Source: a virus (lineage: Duplodnaviria > Heunggongvirae > Uroviricota > Caudoviricetes). Taken from it: a stretch of 64,000 bases of DNA. Below the pieces are notes generated by a model, which worked only from the letters and a program-made list of their open reading frames with translations, was not told where the DNA came from and did no database searches. The DNA lies in the IMG/VR virus record IMGVR_UViG_2909262264_000005; one strand, written 5' to 3'. The position numbers and the translations under genes were made by a program. This document shows positions 11,521 to 22,772 of this stretch, one piece after another (the first letter of the stretch is position 1; each line of letters begins with the position of its first letter).

Positions 11521-14500
11521 CCCGACGCGATGACTGCATAATTGACACAACCCTGCTGTCGATCAGATCCACCAGTCCCCTGGCTGAGCGCGCATCTATC
11601 TCGCCATTGCTCCCTTGATTCTGAATGCTGATGTGATACACGGGAGAATAAACAAATCCACCGCCACCATTCACATTGCCAATGGCTCTGACCCCAAGAG
11701 AGCCGTCCGCTGCCCGTGTCAGTGGCATGATAGCTTCAGGCCCGGCCTCGCCCATCAGCCCGGCACCTTTCGCAAAAGCAAAATACGTCGGTGTATCCAC
11801 AATAGTGTTACTGTAAGCACTCAGATTTGCCGATGTGTAAACACCACCTTTTGCGTTTGCCACCGCCCCCGAAATCCATCCGCCGACCGTACCAAGCCAC
11901 CCTCCGGCACCGGAGAGTGACTTCAGTCCGTTAACAATGGCCGCATTCATCAGAATTTTTGAAACTTCCCGGAGAACTGAACTCCCCCAGTTCCTCCACT
12001 CCACAACATTCCCGGCCAGTGCATCGGAAATATTTGATACCAGCCCGTCCATCGTGGAAACGACAGCATCTGCCGCCTGTGAAGCATAATCGGTGGCACT
12101 GTCTGCCCAGTTGGTCAGTCCCTCCTGGAGCCCGGCATTCCAGTTATTACGTAAAGCATCGGCCTTTGCATAATAATCCTGCTGATCGCTGAGACGCTCT
12201 TCCAGATATTTTTTATTCAGTTCTTTCTCCTGTTTCCACAGGGCTTCTTCAATTTCTCCGGCCTGATACTGTCTCAGCAGCTCGTTATTTTTCTGCTCAA
12301 ACGTCTGCCGGATACTCCACATTTCCTGGAGTCGTTCACGCATCCGTGAGCCTTCACCATATCCCAGCAACTGCGCGTCGTCAGATGCCCGGGCACTGGC
12401 ATTACTGTCCGCCAGACTGCTCTCATACGCAGCAAGCTGCTCACGAATCTTTTTCTGGTCGATGAGTGCTGCATTCTGCAAAAGCGTTTTTTTCTGCGCT
12501 TCTGACAGGGTTGATAATTCGCCCTGACTGACCTGATATTTCATCTTAGCCTGTTCAGTATTCTGCCCTGCCAGTGCTATCTGTTCTTTTTGCTGTTTAA
12601 TCAGTCGTTTATAAATATCCTCTGTTTTTTCCGCTTCGGTTTTTTTATGCGGTTTATTTGCCTGGTTATTTCGCCAGGCATCCAGTGAGTTATTGATATA
12701 ATTCTGTCTGGCTGTCTGATACGCCTCTCCCACAAAGCCGAGATCATCCGCAGCATAGCCCAGTCGGGCACGCTCACGCGCTTCCCCCTTAAGGCGGGAC
12801 AGAGCCAGTTCGCGCTTGCTGTTATTCAGTGCGGTCTGCTGTTTATCATCCAGGGTTGCCTGTGGTAGCCGTAACGGTACATTCACCAGCCCCTGCCGCT
12901 GCTGAAGTAATTCATTACCAAGCCCAAGAAGGCGATTAAACTCGGTATGCTGCCCATTCATGATCAACAGGGACTGATACGCTTTGTTTTGTTCCGCCGC
13001 CTGTTGACGGATCAACGCCACCCGTCGCTCCTCCAGCCCGGCAAGCACATCCTGAATGGATTGCGCTTTGCCCTGCATTTGAGTGAGGCGAGACTGTTCA
13101 ACTGCCAGTTGATTTGTTGCTTCTGCAAGCCCTTCTGTGACAGTTTTTACCGACGTCATGTGGTTAATCATAAAACCGTTATCGGTTGTCCAGCCCGGGT
13201 TTGCCAGCACATACTGATAGCCAGCAATTTTTTCCTGTAAGGATTTAATCTTACTTTTCTGCTCGTCAATTAACCTGTTCTGCTCTTTCAGTGCCTGTCG
13301 CGTCTTTTCCTCATTATCTGACGCTTCAGGAAGCGACATTGCCGACGTTTTCTGGCGAATTTCGTCGATTGTTGCGGCATACTGGCGTGCAGATTCTCTG
13401 GCCTGCTCCTGATTCTGATACATCGTGTACCAGGCCGCAGCCCCCAGCATGACGAGTCCCGGCACACCACCAACCAGCCCCAGCGCGCCACTTAATAAAC
13501 GACTCCCCACTGACGTAACATTATTCAGCGTTGTCTGTGCCGCTGTTCTGGCCGCAATATTACGGGTAAGTGACGCCTGGGCAGCTGTCAGCTTCGCTTC
13601 TGCTGCGGCCTGCCTTTCGGTACCGCGAGCAGCAACAACCGCCTGTTGCGCACGATAAACCGCCGCACGCGCCCTGGCAGTTGCTATCTGTGTCCCCCGA
13701 AGTTGCGCTTCAGCAAGAGACACTTCGTTTCTGGCCGCAGTGATTAGCCCGGCAGTTGCAGATCCAGCAGAAGATGCCATATTGCCAAAATACCGGGCTA
13801 CCCCGACGGCAACCAGTGCACCGGCAGCGGTTGCCACGGTGTCAATATTGCCTGCAAGACCATTCAGCACACCGGAGAGCGTCTTCGTCACTCCGCTTGC
13901 CTCGTTCGCACCACCAACCCAGGCCATAAAGGCATTTTCAACTTTGGTTGCAGAGGATGAAACCGTATCAGGCATTGCCGCATATTCATCACGTAATGCC
14001 CCAAGCTGACTAATCAGTGCAGGAACAACCTTATCGGCGGTCAGTTTTCCGTTATCCGCCATGGCCTTCAGATCCTTACGGGCAACGCCCATTCCCGCAG
14101 CCAGCGCGCGAATAACACGATCGCCGTTCTCATTCACCGAGTTAAATTCTTCACCGCGCAGCACTCCCTGCGCCAGTGCCTGACTGAACTGCGTGATCAC
14201 CGAACTGGCTTCTGCTGTACTGGCACCGGATAATTTCAGGCCCGTGGAGATCGCCTCGGTGACTTTCAGTACCTCCTCAGAACTGTAGCCATACTCCCGC
14301 ATGGAAGCTGCAGAGCGGGCAAAAAGGCTGGCGTTATCAGAAAAAGCCGTCCCCGTTCTCTGGCTGATTGCCATTAATTCACGTTGTGATGCCTGAAAAT
14401 CATCACTGGACTGTGAGGCCTGCTTCAGACGAGCATTGACTGAATTCCACTCATCGGCGAGAGAAATAAGATGACCGGTAGCAAAAGCCCCGGCAAATGC

Positions 14501-14725
14501 CCCCGCCATGTTCAGTGCCGAAGATTTAGCTGTATTTATCTGATCCGTCACTTCTGCCAGTGCACGCCGCATTTCACGGGATGCAGCAGCGGACTGTCGG
14601 CTTCCGTTCTGCATGGTGCGGTAGTAATCCTGCCCCATACGCGAAGCCCGGGAGATCTCTGACTGAAATGACCGGGAGTTTGCCGAAATTTTAATAATCA
14701 GTTCACGTAATGTCGCCACACTCAT
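11498..14725 (-). CDS. Tail tape measure protein H
   Basis: 1075 aa, coiled-coil-rich, in canonical position upstream of M/L/K/I/J. Confidence 0.85.
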   Translation of the reverse strand: MSVATLRELIIKISANSRSFQSEISRASRMGQDYYRTMQNGSRQSAAASREMRRALAEVTDQINTAKSSALNMAGAFAGAFATGHLISLADEWNSVNARLKQASQSSDDFQASQRELMAISQRTGTAFSDNASLFARSAASMREYGYSSEEVLKVTEAISTGLKLSGASTAEASSVITQFSQALAQGVLRGEEFNSVNENGDRVIRALAAGMGVARKDLKAMADNGKLTADKVVPALISQLGALRDEYAAMPDTVSSSATKVENAFMAWVGGANEASGVTKTLSGVLNGLAGNIDTVATAAGALVAVGVARYFGNMASSAGSATAGLITAARNEVSLAEAQLRGTQIATARARAAVYRAQQAVVAARGTERQAAAEAKLTAAQASLTRNIAARTAAQTTLNNVTSVGSRLLSGALGLVGGVPGLVMLGAAAWYTMYQNQEQARESARQYAATIDEIRQKTSAMSLPEASDNEEKTRQALKEQNRLIDEQKSKIKSLQEKIAGYQYVLANPGWTTDNGFMINHMTSVKTVTEGLAEATNQLAVEQSRLTQMQGKAQSIQDVLAGLEERRVALIRQQAAEQNKAYQSLLIMNGQHTEFNRLLGLGNELLQQRQGLVNVPLRLPQATLDDKQQTALNNSKRELALSRLKGEARERARLGYAADDLGFVGEAYQTARQNYINNSLDAWRNNQANKPHKKTEAEKTEDIYKRLIKQQKEQIALAGQNTEQAKMKYQVSQGELSTLSEAQKKTLLQNAALIDQKKIREQLAAYESSLADSNASARASDDAQLLGYGEGSRMRERLQEMWSIRQTFEQKNNELLRQYQAGEIEEALWKQEKELNKKYLEERLSDQQDYYAKADALRNNWNAGLQEGLTNWADSATDYASQAADAVVSTMDGLVSNISDALAGNVVEWRNWGSSVLREVSKILMNAAIVNGLKSLSGAGGWLGTVGGWISGAVANAKGGVYTSANLSAYSNTIVDTPTYFAFAKGAGLMGEAGPEAIMPLTRAADGSLGVRAIGNVNGGGGFVYSPVYHISIQNQGSNGEIDARSARGLVDLIDSRVVSIMQSSRRDGGLYSA

Positions 14726-14765
14726 TCTCCGGACGAAAAAAAACCGCCGAAGCGGTTATGTTGAC

Positions 14766-15056
14766 TCACTGAGACACGGTTAAAAGCGCGTTTTCCAGCC
14801 CGGCAAATGGATCTGAGGCGCCTTCTGTCTGCTCCTGCTCCCACTGAAGAAGCACATCATTCAGTGGTACTTTAACCCCCTGCGCACCGTAAACAGCTGA
14901 AACAATCTGGGCAGCCCGGATATCAGCCCGTTCGTCCCCCAGCGGGCTGAACCTGTCAAATTCTGCCCACATCATGATTTCTGATGCGGACATTTCCCGG
15001 CGTAACTCTGACAATGTGCGCCCCATCCTGAGCGCCAGCATCATCAGAAAACGCAT
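14766..15056 (-). CDS. Tail assembly chaperone, T portion of G-T frameshift product
   Basis: ORF in the -1 frame relative to G, directly downstream of the slippery site. Confidence 0.6.
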   Translation of the reverse strand: MRFLMMLALRMGRTLSELRREMSASEIMMWAEFDRFSPLGDERADIRAAQIVSAVYGAQGVKVPLNDVLLQWEQEQTEGASDPFAGLENALLTVSQ

Positions 15057-15067
15057 CCCCGGAAGTG

Positions 15068-15454
15068 CTACTTTTTTTTAACCTCTCCGGCATCACTGAT
15101 CAGTTCCAGAGACTGCCGAAGAAGCCGGGCATGCACCGGGCCATACACAGCAATCACCTGTTCACGATCATCCTCTGAAAATACGGGTTGCAGCCCGGTA
15201 TCACACAGAACATCAATGAACAGTTCAACGTCTGCCTCCAGATTTCGGCGGGCACGCTCTGCAACAGATGGCGATGTATCATCTTCCCTGGCTTTAACGA
15301 TCTCCTGCCAGCGCAACCAGGCTTCTGCAGAAGGTTCCCGTAACACAACCGTTGCTCCCTCCCATTCAGGCACATCAACGGTTTTATGGCGAAACCCCGA
15401 CATCGTTGCCAGTGCAAGATTACGGATATTTTTAGTCATCACATCCATCCTCAT
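15068..15454 (-). CDS. Tail assembly chaperone G
   Basis: 128-aa acidic protein between major tail gene and tape measure; ends ...GEVKKK at a slippery heptamer. Confidence 0.7.
   Translation of the reverse strand: MRMDVMTKNIRNLALATMSGFRHKTVDVPEWEGATVVLREPSAEAWLRWQEIVKAREDDTSPSVAERARRNLEADVELFIDVLCDTGLQPVFSEDDREQVIAVYGPVHARLLRQSLELISDAGEVKKK
15071..15077 (-). other. Programmed -1 ribosomal frameshift site (A AAA AAG) for G-T fusion
   Basis: Minus-strand gtt aaa aaa aag tag; shifting -1 gives ...KKK-VALPG-MRFLMM..., continuous with the T ORF. Confidence 0.6.
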
Positions 15455-16163
15455 TAACTGACGGTAACAGTGCAGGAAGCGGAGGTCACTTTGTTAACCG
15501 GGCTTGCTGAATCAGAAATCTCGCAGGTATACACACCGGCATCACCGGATGCTGCTGATGCCTTACTGAACGTTGCCGCCGTCTGTCCGGAAACAGGAGA
15601 ACCACCTTTCATCCAGACATAAGAATAAGGCGGCACACCACCGGCAGCCTCAACCACCATTTCGAGTTTCGCTCTGGCAGAAACCTGCATCGCGCGGCTT
15701 AAATCGACCTTCACTTTCAGCGGTTCTGTCATCAGCACAGGTTTACCTTTCAGGCGCAGGGAAAACGTTGCAGCCACAACACCACTGGTTCCTGCAGACC
15801 AGGTATGCTGACGCACCTCTGCCATAAAGGTAAATCCGTTTCCTGACGGAAAAATAACTTTAAAGCCATACGTGGTGTCATTGTCATAGGCACTGCGCAA
15901 CGCGTTCTGGGCAGCATTGAGATAAAAATTGCCTGACATGGAAATCTCTGAAGCAGCCCCAAGACCGTTAATATTTTCCTGCTCGGTAGAACACAGCGTA
16001 GTGACATCAATATCCTGTTTCTGCCCGGCGGTAAACTGAACCTCTTTAATCGTACAGCTCAGTTCAAGAAAACTGGCAGAACTCAGCGTTTCTGCCGTTA
16101 CCGGTGCAGACGAGATCATGACTTTGGTCTGCTGAGAACGTTCAAAATTAGAGGACATACTCA
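15454..16163 (-). CDS. Major tail protein V with C-terminal Ig-like domain
   Basis: Start set at ATG 16163 preceded by AGGAG; C-terminal Big_2-like segment ...GVYTCEISDSASPVNKVTSASCTVTVS. Confidence 0.8.
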
Positions 16164-16217
16164 TCTCCTGAAAATAAAAAACCCGCCAGCGGCGGGTGGG
16201 TAAAATCATTAACGAAC

Positions 16218-16562
16218 TCAGGCTATTACCTGAAATTCAAGCGTGGCTCTGCTCAGACGGGAGTCAGGATCATACCCCTGCGTTTTAGAAATAACGGAGG
16301 GTGCCAGTTTCCTTACTGCATCAAGCGCCTGCTCACGAATATCATCTGCGTCATCAGGTACTGTCGCCCAGACATCGATCTGCACGACAATTCTGGATTC
16401 AGCCTGACCATCAAGCACATCAGACGCCGTGTCAGACACCACAGAAAACACCAGCCACGGCGGAGATACCGCAGGCTTTCCCTCCGTCAGCGGGACCACA
16501 TAAGGATATACCTGTCCTCCGGCCAGCTGAGACAGCAGGGAATACAGTGTGGCCTCCCTCAT
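16218..16562 (-). CDS. Tail terminator protein (gpU-like)
   Basis: 114 aa, positioned between tail completion and major tail genes. Confidence 0.55.
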   Translation of the reverse strand: MREATLYSLLSQLAGGQVYPYVVPLTEGKPAVSPPWLVFSVVSDTASDVLDGQAESRIVVQIDVWATVPDDADDIREQALDAVRKLAPSVISKTQGYDPDSRLSRATLEFQVIA

Positions 16563-17008
16563 TTACTTAAGACCTCATCAATAGCCTGATTCATTCGCTG
16601 TATGGCAACCTGCGCCGCCAGCTCCTCTGTCGTATCGAAAGCCGGGCGAATGAATGGATGCGCGGGCATGTTTATCGTTCCCAGCTCCACAAAGCGCCAG
16701 TAAAACGCATTTCGGGGATCACTGGCTTTCATGCTGTTATCACTGTTTCCGGTTCGCAGGTTCCGTCCGCGAATGTGGACACCCGAGATAATTTCCCCCC
16801 GACGCTTTGAACGCTGCGTGAGAACAACCACATTTTTCTTCAGTTTCCCGGTTCGCTCCGGCGCACGTTCAACAACTGCATTCCGCATAACTTCAGCACC
16901 GGCACGGGTGGCATCGCGCAGAACCTTATTGTTTTCTGCCCTGCTGAGCGTCTCCAGATCCCGTGCAATATCCGCCAGGCCGGAACAATCAAGACTGAAA
17001 TCCATCAC
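16559..17008 (-). CDS. Tail completion protein (HK97 gp10-like)
   Basis: 149 aa; position in head-tail joining cluster. Confidence 0.55.
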   Translation of the reverse strand: MMDFSLDCSGLADIARDLETLSRAENNKVLRDATRAGAEVMRNAVVERAPERTGKLKKNVVVLTQRSKRRGEIISGVHIRGRNLRTGNSDNSMKASDPRNAFYWRFVELGTINMPAHPFIRPAFDTTEELAAQVAIQRMNQAIDEVLSK

Positions 17009-17343
17009 ACATTCCCCTTCAGGCTGCAGAGTATTTCAAGCCGGGTGGCGCGTGCATCCGGTATTGGTGGCCCTTCTATACCAAGAGTGACCCCTTTAAA
17101 TGCACCGGTCAGCACTTTCAGACGTGAAGTCGCTGTCACATCGCGCCGAAATCGCATCCAGACTCTGACCGTAGCCTGAGCGGTTTCTGCACCTCCTGAT
17201 ATTCTCTCCCTCCCGCTGATCCCCTTAACTTCTGCCCATACGGTTGCCCCCTCCGTCATTGTCTCCACCGGATGCCCTGACGGAGAACGGACGGTGGTGA
17301 CATTCAGAATAGTTACGCGATCACGTAATCTGCCCGCCTGCAT
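17005..17343 (-). CDS. Head closure / head-tail adaptor protein
   Basis: 112 aa; position downstream of capsid gene. Confidence 0.55.
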   Translation of the reverse strand: MQAGRLRDRVTILNVTTVRSPSGHPVETMTEGATVWAEVKGISGRERISGGAETAQATVRVWMRFRRDVTATSRLKVLTGAFKGVTLGIEGPPIPDARATRLEILCSLKGNV

Positions 17344-17351
17344 GGTTCCTC

Positions 17352-17669
17352 CTACAAAGGAATAAAACGATAAGGCTCCAGCAGAGAAGAAAAACCAAAC
17401 GGGACTGGTGCCTTGCTGACATCTGAGGAATTTTCCCGGTTTTCGTACCAGTGTCCGACCAGCAACATGAGCGCCAGCAAAACATCATCAGCTATAAGCA
17501 CCCCGTCAGGATCACCTTCCGGCACCGTCTCCTCATAAAGCTTACGGTTGATAAAATTTTCTGCCTTGCGGCAGGCAGCCCGGAAATACAGCATCAGTAA
17601 CTCATCATCAGTTGCATCATCTGTATCAATACGGCACTGCGCCCTGAGTTTTTCCACTATTGCTGCCAT
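17352..17669 (-). CDS. Head-tail connector protein (gp6-like)
   Basis: Small protein directly downstream of the major capsid gene; start set at the MAAIVEKL ATG. Confidence 0.5.
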   Translation of the reverse strand: MAAIVEKLRAQCRIDTDDATDDELLMLYFRAACRKAENFINRKLYEETVPEGDPDGVLIADDVLLALMLLVGHWYENRENSSDVSKAPVPFGFSSLLEPYRFIPL

Positions 17670-17713
17670 CAGAAACTCCTGCCCGCAACACTGTGCGGGC
17701 ATAAAAAACCGCA

Positions 17714-18937
17714 TTACGCAGCGGCTTTCTGGCGGGTTGCGGCCCCAATTTTCATCAGCTTAATCGCCTGAGAATCCACCAGCATACCGCCGGTTCGTTT
17801 GGTTGTATAAAAGCCCACAAACGGTTTGTTGGTGTAAGGATCGCGCAGGATGCGGGTGCCGATACGATCAACGATGGTATAGCCGCGTTTGAAGTTACCA
17901 AACGCAATAGCTTTTGCATCGGCAGCAATATCCGGCATCTGCTCATTCTCAACGATGCCATACCCCGCCAGTGAAGAAGGCTGACCCAGCTCAATGCCCG
18001 GACGCCACAGATAATTTCCGTCGTTATCCTTCAGCAGGCGAATGGCAAACAGGCTGCTGTTGTTCATCATAAACTTCGCGCCGCTACGGTGCGCCTTACG
18101 CAGGGTGTAAATCAGTTTAATGATCGCATCAGCGGTCACGCCAGAAGCCGCGCCGGAAGCAATGTGCTGAAGTTTGCCAAACGCACGGGTCTTGTCATCT
18201 TCATCGGTGGACTCATAAGCCAGAAAACCTTTTGGTTTTTTGCTGCCGTCGCCACTGGTAAAGGCAATTTCTTCCTGTTCGGCAAATTCCAGCGCCAGCT
18301 CACTGTTGATCCAGTCTTCCACATTGAAGAAAGCGTCATCGAGCATTTTCTGGGTGGCCTGCGGGTTGCCGTAGATTTCCCCCATAAAGGGTTCAATCAG
18401 CCCCAGTTTTGAGGTGGCGGTTTCCGGACGTGCATCCGTTTCCCCCACCCATCCGGACGTTGTGCCGCCCAGATTCACCAGTTTTTTATAATCCGAGCCA
18501 CCGAGGGTGATCACAGTGGCTTCCTGGCGCATCACCACCTCATCTTTCAGTAGCGTCAGAATGGTGCGATCCAGTTCTTCCGGAATGGCATAACCGCCAT
18601 CTTCATCATTGCCCACCTGCAGCGCCTTACGCTCCAGCTCACGCAGGCCGTCTTCACGCCCCTTGCGCATAAATCCGATAAACGCTTCTTTGTGTTCACT
18701 GGCAACTTTATTTTGCGTGCCGCCTGCCGGACGCTTGACTTCAGCCAGTTCAGCTTCAAGATCGCTTTTCAGATTTTCCAGTTCAGTCAGTTTTTCGTTG
18801 AGGGTTTCCACTTCTCCGGCAAGTTTTCCCTTTTCCTGCTCAATCGCATCAATGCGTTTGTCGTTTTTTTCCTTAAAATCGTCAAACTTCCGCTGCAACT
18901 CCTGCGCGACCTGTTCCACATCTTTAACATCAGCCAT
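17714..18937 (-). CDS. Major capsid protein (HK97 fold) with N-terminal delta/scaffold domain
   Basis: 407 aa; coiled-coil N-terminal ~100 aa then capsid domain; follows the prohead protease gene. Confidence 0.85.
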   Translation of the reverse strand: MADVKDVEQVAQELQRKFDDFKEKNDKRIDAIEQEKGKLAGEVETLNEKLTELENLKSDLEAELAEVKRPAGGTQNKVASEHKEAFIGFMRKGREDGLRELERKALQVGNDEDGGYAIPEELDRTILTLLKDEVVMRQEATVITLGGSDYKKLVNLGGTTSGWVGETDARPETATSKLGLIEPFMGEIYGNPQATQKMLDDAFFNVEDWINSELALEFAEQEEIAFTSGDGSKKPKGFLAYESTDEDDKTRAFGKLQHIASGAASGVTADAIIKLIYTLRKAHRSGAKFMMNNSSLFAIRLLKDNDGNYLWRPGIELGQPSSLAGYGIVENEQMPDIAADAKAIAFGNFKRGYTIVDRIGTRILRDPYTNKPFVGFYTTKRTGGMLVDSQAIKLMKIGAATRQKAAA

Positions 18938-18951
18938 TATTTTTCTCCTGG

Positions 18952-19632
18952 TTAAAATTTAAGATTTTTCAGTGCATTCAGTGCGGCATCCACATCCTCA
19001 GCATCACGCAGGGATAAAGCGCCATATCCCCCGGCCATGAATGCTTTGGCCTGGGTTCGCGAGAGTCCAACATCGCGCAGGACTCGCTCAATAATTTTCT
19101 GATCAGGGATCTCCCCACGCGCCAGCGCATTTTTCACATCGCTGATGCGTGCCTCATCATTGGAAGGAAACGTCACCAGACTGACCTCCCACAGGTCGAT
19201 CTCTTTCAGCAGGAATACCCCTTTTTCACGGTCGTACTCCCAGTCTTTCAGGATGTAGCCAATAGAAAGACCGGTTAAAGAACCGGCCTTCATATGGGCA
19301 TGTGCACGTTTTGCCAGGGGATCATCATCAACGAGTAATCGCCCCCTGACATAAAGCCCGACATCATCTTCTTTCATTTCGGTGTACACACCGATGGGCT
19401 CATCCATGCGGTGCTGCCAGAGCAACGCAGGCAGCGCCTTTTTTTCGCTCCATTTCTGGAGTGTTGTGGTAAAGGCTCCGGGGACCACCACATCATCGTG
19501 GCTGTCCTTAACACCAAAAACAGAACCGTAACCTTCAAACTCCCCGGAATCACTGACGGATTTCAGGTTCAGCGGTATATCAAGACGCTGTTTTGTCTGC
19601 ATCTCCACTCTCCTTTTTCTTACCGTTGTCAT
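18952..19632 (-). CDS. Prohead protease (HK97 family)
   Basis: 226 aa between portal and capsid genes. Confidence 0.8.
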   Translation of the reverse strand: MTTVRKRRVEMQTKQRLDIPLNLKSVSDSGEFEGYGSVFGVKDSHDDVVVPGAFTTTLQKWSEKKALPALLWQHRMDEPIGVYTEMKEDDVGLYVRGRLLVDDDPLAKRAHAHMKAGSLTGLSIGYILKDWEYDREKGVFLLKEIDLWEVSLVTFPSNDEARISDVKNALARGEIPDQKIIERVLRDVGLSRTQAKAFMAGGYGALSLRDAEDVDAALNALKNLKF

Positions 19633-20821
19633 CGCCAGCAGAGGGACTGGTGGTCATGTTCATCGGTGTCAGATACACATCACCGCCCGGCCGGGGATTC
19701 ATATCCTCCAGATCACGGCAGTCATTAGGGGAATAAATCCCCCAGTTGATCCCCGTGGCATACGCTTCAAAGCGGGATTTCATGTCACCACGCAACAACG
19801 CCCCGGCATTAAATTTGGCGTAAAACTTCCCCTGCTTGCTCTCCCTGACCAGCCCTGTATTGATCCGTTGCTCAATACGGGTCAGATACGGCACAAGGGA
19901 ATAGTTAATGAAACCAAGCCCCAGCTCTTCAATATTGTTGAAGGTGGCGCGATCGGTGTTCTGCACCATATGCAGCGGCACGCGGAACAGGCGACAGATT
20001 TCTTCCAGCTGAAACTTGCGGGTTTCCAGGAACTGGCTGTCCTCGGCATTCAGTGCCACCGTTTTCCAGTCCAGCCCCATTTCCAGAATCATCGGACGAT
20101 GAGAATTTCCCAGCCCGACATGCCGTTCCTCAAAATCCTTTTTGATACGCGCATAAGCCTGGTCAGAAAGTTGTTGATCCGTACGCAACACACCGGATGT
20201 TACCGCGCCATTGCCAAACAATCTGGCACCATGCTCCTCGGTTGCCGCTGCCAGTGAAATGGCCTCGCGCGCATATGCAATGGGATTCAGACCGACAAGT
20301 CCGTCCAGCGTCAGAGTACGCACATGCCAGATTTCATCCTGAGTCAGCACATCCACAGAACCATCCGGAAATGTCACCTGATAAACCGGCTGCCACTGGC
20401 TGTTCAGCTTCGGTTCCACACAGCCCGGATCTATCGGAAGAAGCTCCACCACTTCTCCCAGCGCCTTCACCTTGTAGGCGTAAAAATTCCCCCGCAGACA
20501 CAGGCAGACAATGACCAGTTCCCAGAATTCCTGCGGCGTCATGTAGCCATTGGGTTTTGCCGAAATCAGCTTATGCAGTCGTTCATCCACTGCCCGTGTT
20601 TTAAGAGTGCCGGTGATTTTGTAGAGGCTGCAGGGCAGCATACCAACAGACTCCGCCAGCACCCTGACGCAGGAATACACCGCCGTCAGCCGCATGGCCC
20701 GCTGGCTGCTGATCCGCTTTCCGGTATAGGTGTCGTATGACAACCCCAGCTCTTCCGCAAGCATCCCGGGCGTTGTGACGGGGGTGTTATTTTTGCGTTG
20801 AAAAAGCCCCTGGAAAAACAT
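19580..20821 (-). CDS. Portal protein (HK97 family)
   Basis: 413 aa downstream of terminase large subunit. Confidence 0.85.
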   Translation of the reverse strand: MFFQGLFQRKNNTPVTTPGMLAEELGLSYDTYTGKRISSQRAMRLTAVYSCVRVLAESVGMLPCSLYKITGTLKTRAVDERLHKLISAKPNGYMTPQEFWELVIVCLCLRGNFYAYKVKALGEVVELLPIDPGCVEPKLNSQWQPVYQVTFPDGSVDVLTQDEIWHVRTLTLDGLVGLNPIAYAREAISLAAATEEHGARLFGNGAVTSGVLRTDQQLSDQAYARIKKDFEERHVGLGNSHRPMILEMGLDWKTVALNAEDSQFLETRKFQLEEICRLFRVPLHMVQNTDRATFNNIEELGLGFINYSLVPYLTRIEQRINTGLVRESKQGKFYAKFNAGALLRGDMKSRFEAYATGINWGIYSPNDCRDLEDMNPRPGGDVYLTPMNMTTSPSAGDDNGKKKESGDADKTAS

Positions 20822-21003
20822 TACTCACCTCCGGAGGCGACCCGGTGACCGCGATCGAGATAACGCGCAACCAGCCACGACCAGCACAGGCACAGCCCCC
20901 CGGCAACAACAAAACCTGCCGGGGGATAAATCAGCCATGTGCCATACGACAGCAAAAGCGCCCCCAGCACGCCCACCAGTGGCGTGAGAATTATCAGAAA
21001 CAT
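20821..21003 (-). CDS. Small hydrophobic protein (uncertain)
   Basis: 60-aa two-helix hydrophobic ORF between terminase and portal genes. Confidence 0.3.
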   Translation of the reverse strand: MFLIILTPLVGVLGALLLSYGTWLIYPPAGFVVAGGLCLCWSWLVARYLDRGHRVASGGE

Positions 21004-21014
21004 AATGACCTCGG

Positions 21015-22772
21015 TTAAAGCGAGCGGATACCAACGCTGACCAGATGTTCAGACAGATCCGGCTCCGGTTCACCGCCATTGACCAGCATCCGGCTCATTG
21101 CTGTAAACATCGCAACAGGGCCGTCGATTTTGGCTTCCGGCGTGGATTTATTCGGGAAGATATTGTCGTTTTTGTCCGGTTTTACCGTAACGTTAGACAT
21201 CATCCAGTTCATGACCGGATGATTGCTGTGATGGAAACGCCCGGCATAGACCAGTGATTCCGTTTCCTTCATGGCCTCTGACAGATTGCGGACCGTCTGC
21301 GGAACCTCCACCAGCGGTATCCCTTCTTCAGCCAGTGCCAGGCTGAACTGCATCGCGCTCCACGGGTCAAATCCCAGTTCCCTGAGGTTTTCACCACCAA
21401 TCCATTCCAGTAAGTCACTTTTTATCTGAGCATGATCGATAACATCACCATCCGTCAGAATCAGCTTACCCATCTCCGCCCACTTCCGGTAAAGTTCTGC
21501 CTGCTGCCGCGAGCACCGCTCCAGCCGTCCTTCCGGGAGCCAGAATTTAAAATCAGCATGAACATGTCCGTTATCGGTTCGCCAGAGTTTTGCCGCCGCA
21601 CAGATATCAATCTTATGAGCAAGGTCGACGCCGACCCACATGGGATACGTTTTAAGCTCATGTCGTGGGGCAATATATTCGCATTTCTCCCACTTAATCA
21701 TGTCCATCCAGGCAGACTCTGCTGTTACCCACACATTCATGTGTTTCGTGAAAAAATTCACCCGCGCCGAGACCTGCTCCTTCGCTTTTTTCGCCAGACG
21801 ACGCAGATCATCCCAGCGTTTACAGATGCCCAGGCCCGGATTCGCTTTCTGCCAGACCGTTTCATCAAACGGATCATCTCCCTCATCGAGCGTGTAAATA
21901 ATCGCAAAGTAGGAGTCGTCTTTTACCGCGCCCTCCACGTCGCTGTTATAGCCTCGCAATACCTTGATGGCGTAATCGCGTTGCTCGTAACAAATCCCTT
22001 CCTTGTTAAAGCCCGCCGTGGTGATACCAAATAACAGGGACTGCAGACGGGCACCGGTTGCCGTTTCCAGAACGTCCCACACGTCGCGGGTTTTATGTGC
22101 ATGCAGCTCATCAATAATGGCGCAGTGGATGTTCAGACCGTCCAGGTTGTTTGCATCCGAGGAAAGCGGTTCAAATTTTGATGCGCTCTGCTCCTGGTAA
22201 ATCGCCAGCTTGTTGAAATCAAACAATCGCCCGAGTGTCGACCGGGCTTTTCTGACCATATTTTTGGCGTCTTCAAACACAATTCTGGCCTGGTCACGCG
22301 TGGTTGCGGCTGAATACACCTCAGCACCGCCTTCACCATCTGCCCCCGTCATATACAGGCCGATACCCGATGACAGGGTTGATTTTGCGTTTTTACGGGC
22401 GACTTCGTTGTACGCCGTACGGAACCGGCGCACCATCACCGGGCGTCCGCTGCCATCGCTGCGCATGACAACTTCCCCGGTCTCTTCATTGACCAGCGGA
22501 ATGACAAAACCAAAAATATTAATGAGGATAAATACATGCCAGTCCATCAGCTCAATGGGCTGGCCTGCCAGCGCCCCTTTTACATGGGGCACAAATTTGT
22601 AGAAATTCAGGATGTGCTGCGCACGGGGTTCACTGAAATAAATCCCCCGCTCTTCGCCGTACTTCAGATCATCAAGAAAACGCTGGCAGGCCAGACGGAC
22701 AAATTCGCCAGCGACAATTTCTCCTGCAACAACACGTTCGGCGTAGCGGATCCCGTCAGCCACTTTTGCCAT
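21015..22772 (-). CDS. Terminase large subunit
   Basis: 585 aa; position upstream of portal. Confidence 0.9.
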   Translation of the reverse strand: MAKVADGIRYAERVVAGEIVAGEFVRLACQRFLDDLKYGEERGIYFSEPRAQHILNFYKFVPHVKGALAGQPIELMDWHVFILINIFGFVIPLVNEETGEVVMRSDGSGRPVMVRRFRTAYNEVARKNAKSTLSSGIGLYMTGADGEGGAEVYSAATTRDQARIVFEDAKNMVRKARSTLGRLFDFNKLAIYQEQSASKFEPLSSDANNLDGLNIHCAIIDELHAHKTRDVWDVLETATGARLQSLLFGITTAGFNKEGICYEQRDYAIKVLRGYNSDVEGAVKDDSYFAIIYTLDEGDDPFDETVWQKANPGLGICKRWDDLRRLAKKAKEQVSARVNFFTKHMNVWVTAESAWMDMIKWEKCEYIAPRHELKTYPMWVGVDLAHKIDICAAAKLWRTDNGHVHADFKFWLPEGRLERCSRQQAELYRKWAEMGKLILTDGDVIDHAQIKSDLLEWIGGENLRELGFDPWSAMQFSLALAEEGIPLVEVPQTVRNLSEAMKETESLVYAGRFHHSNHPVMNWMMSNVTVKPDKNDNIFPNKSTPEAKIDGPVAMFTAMSRMLVNGGEPEPDLSEHLVSVGIRSL

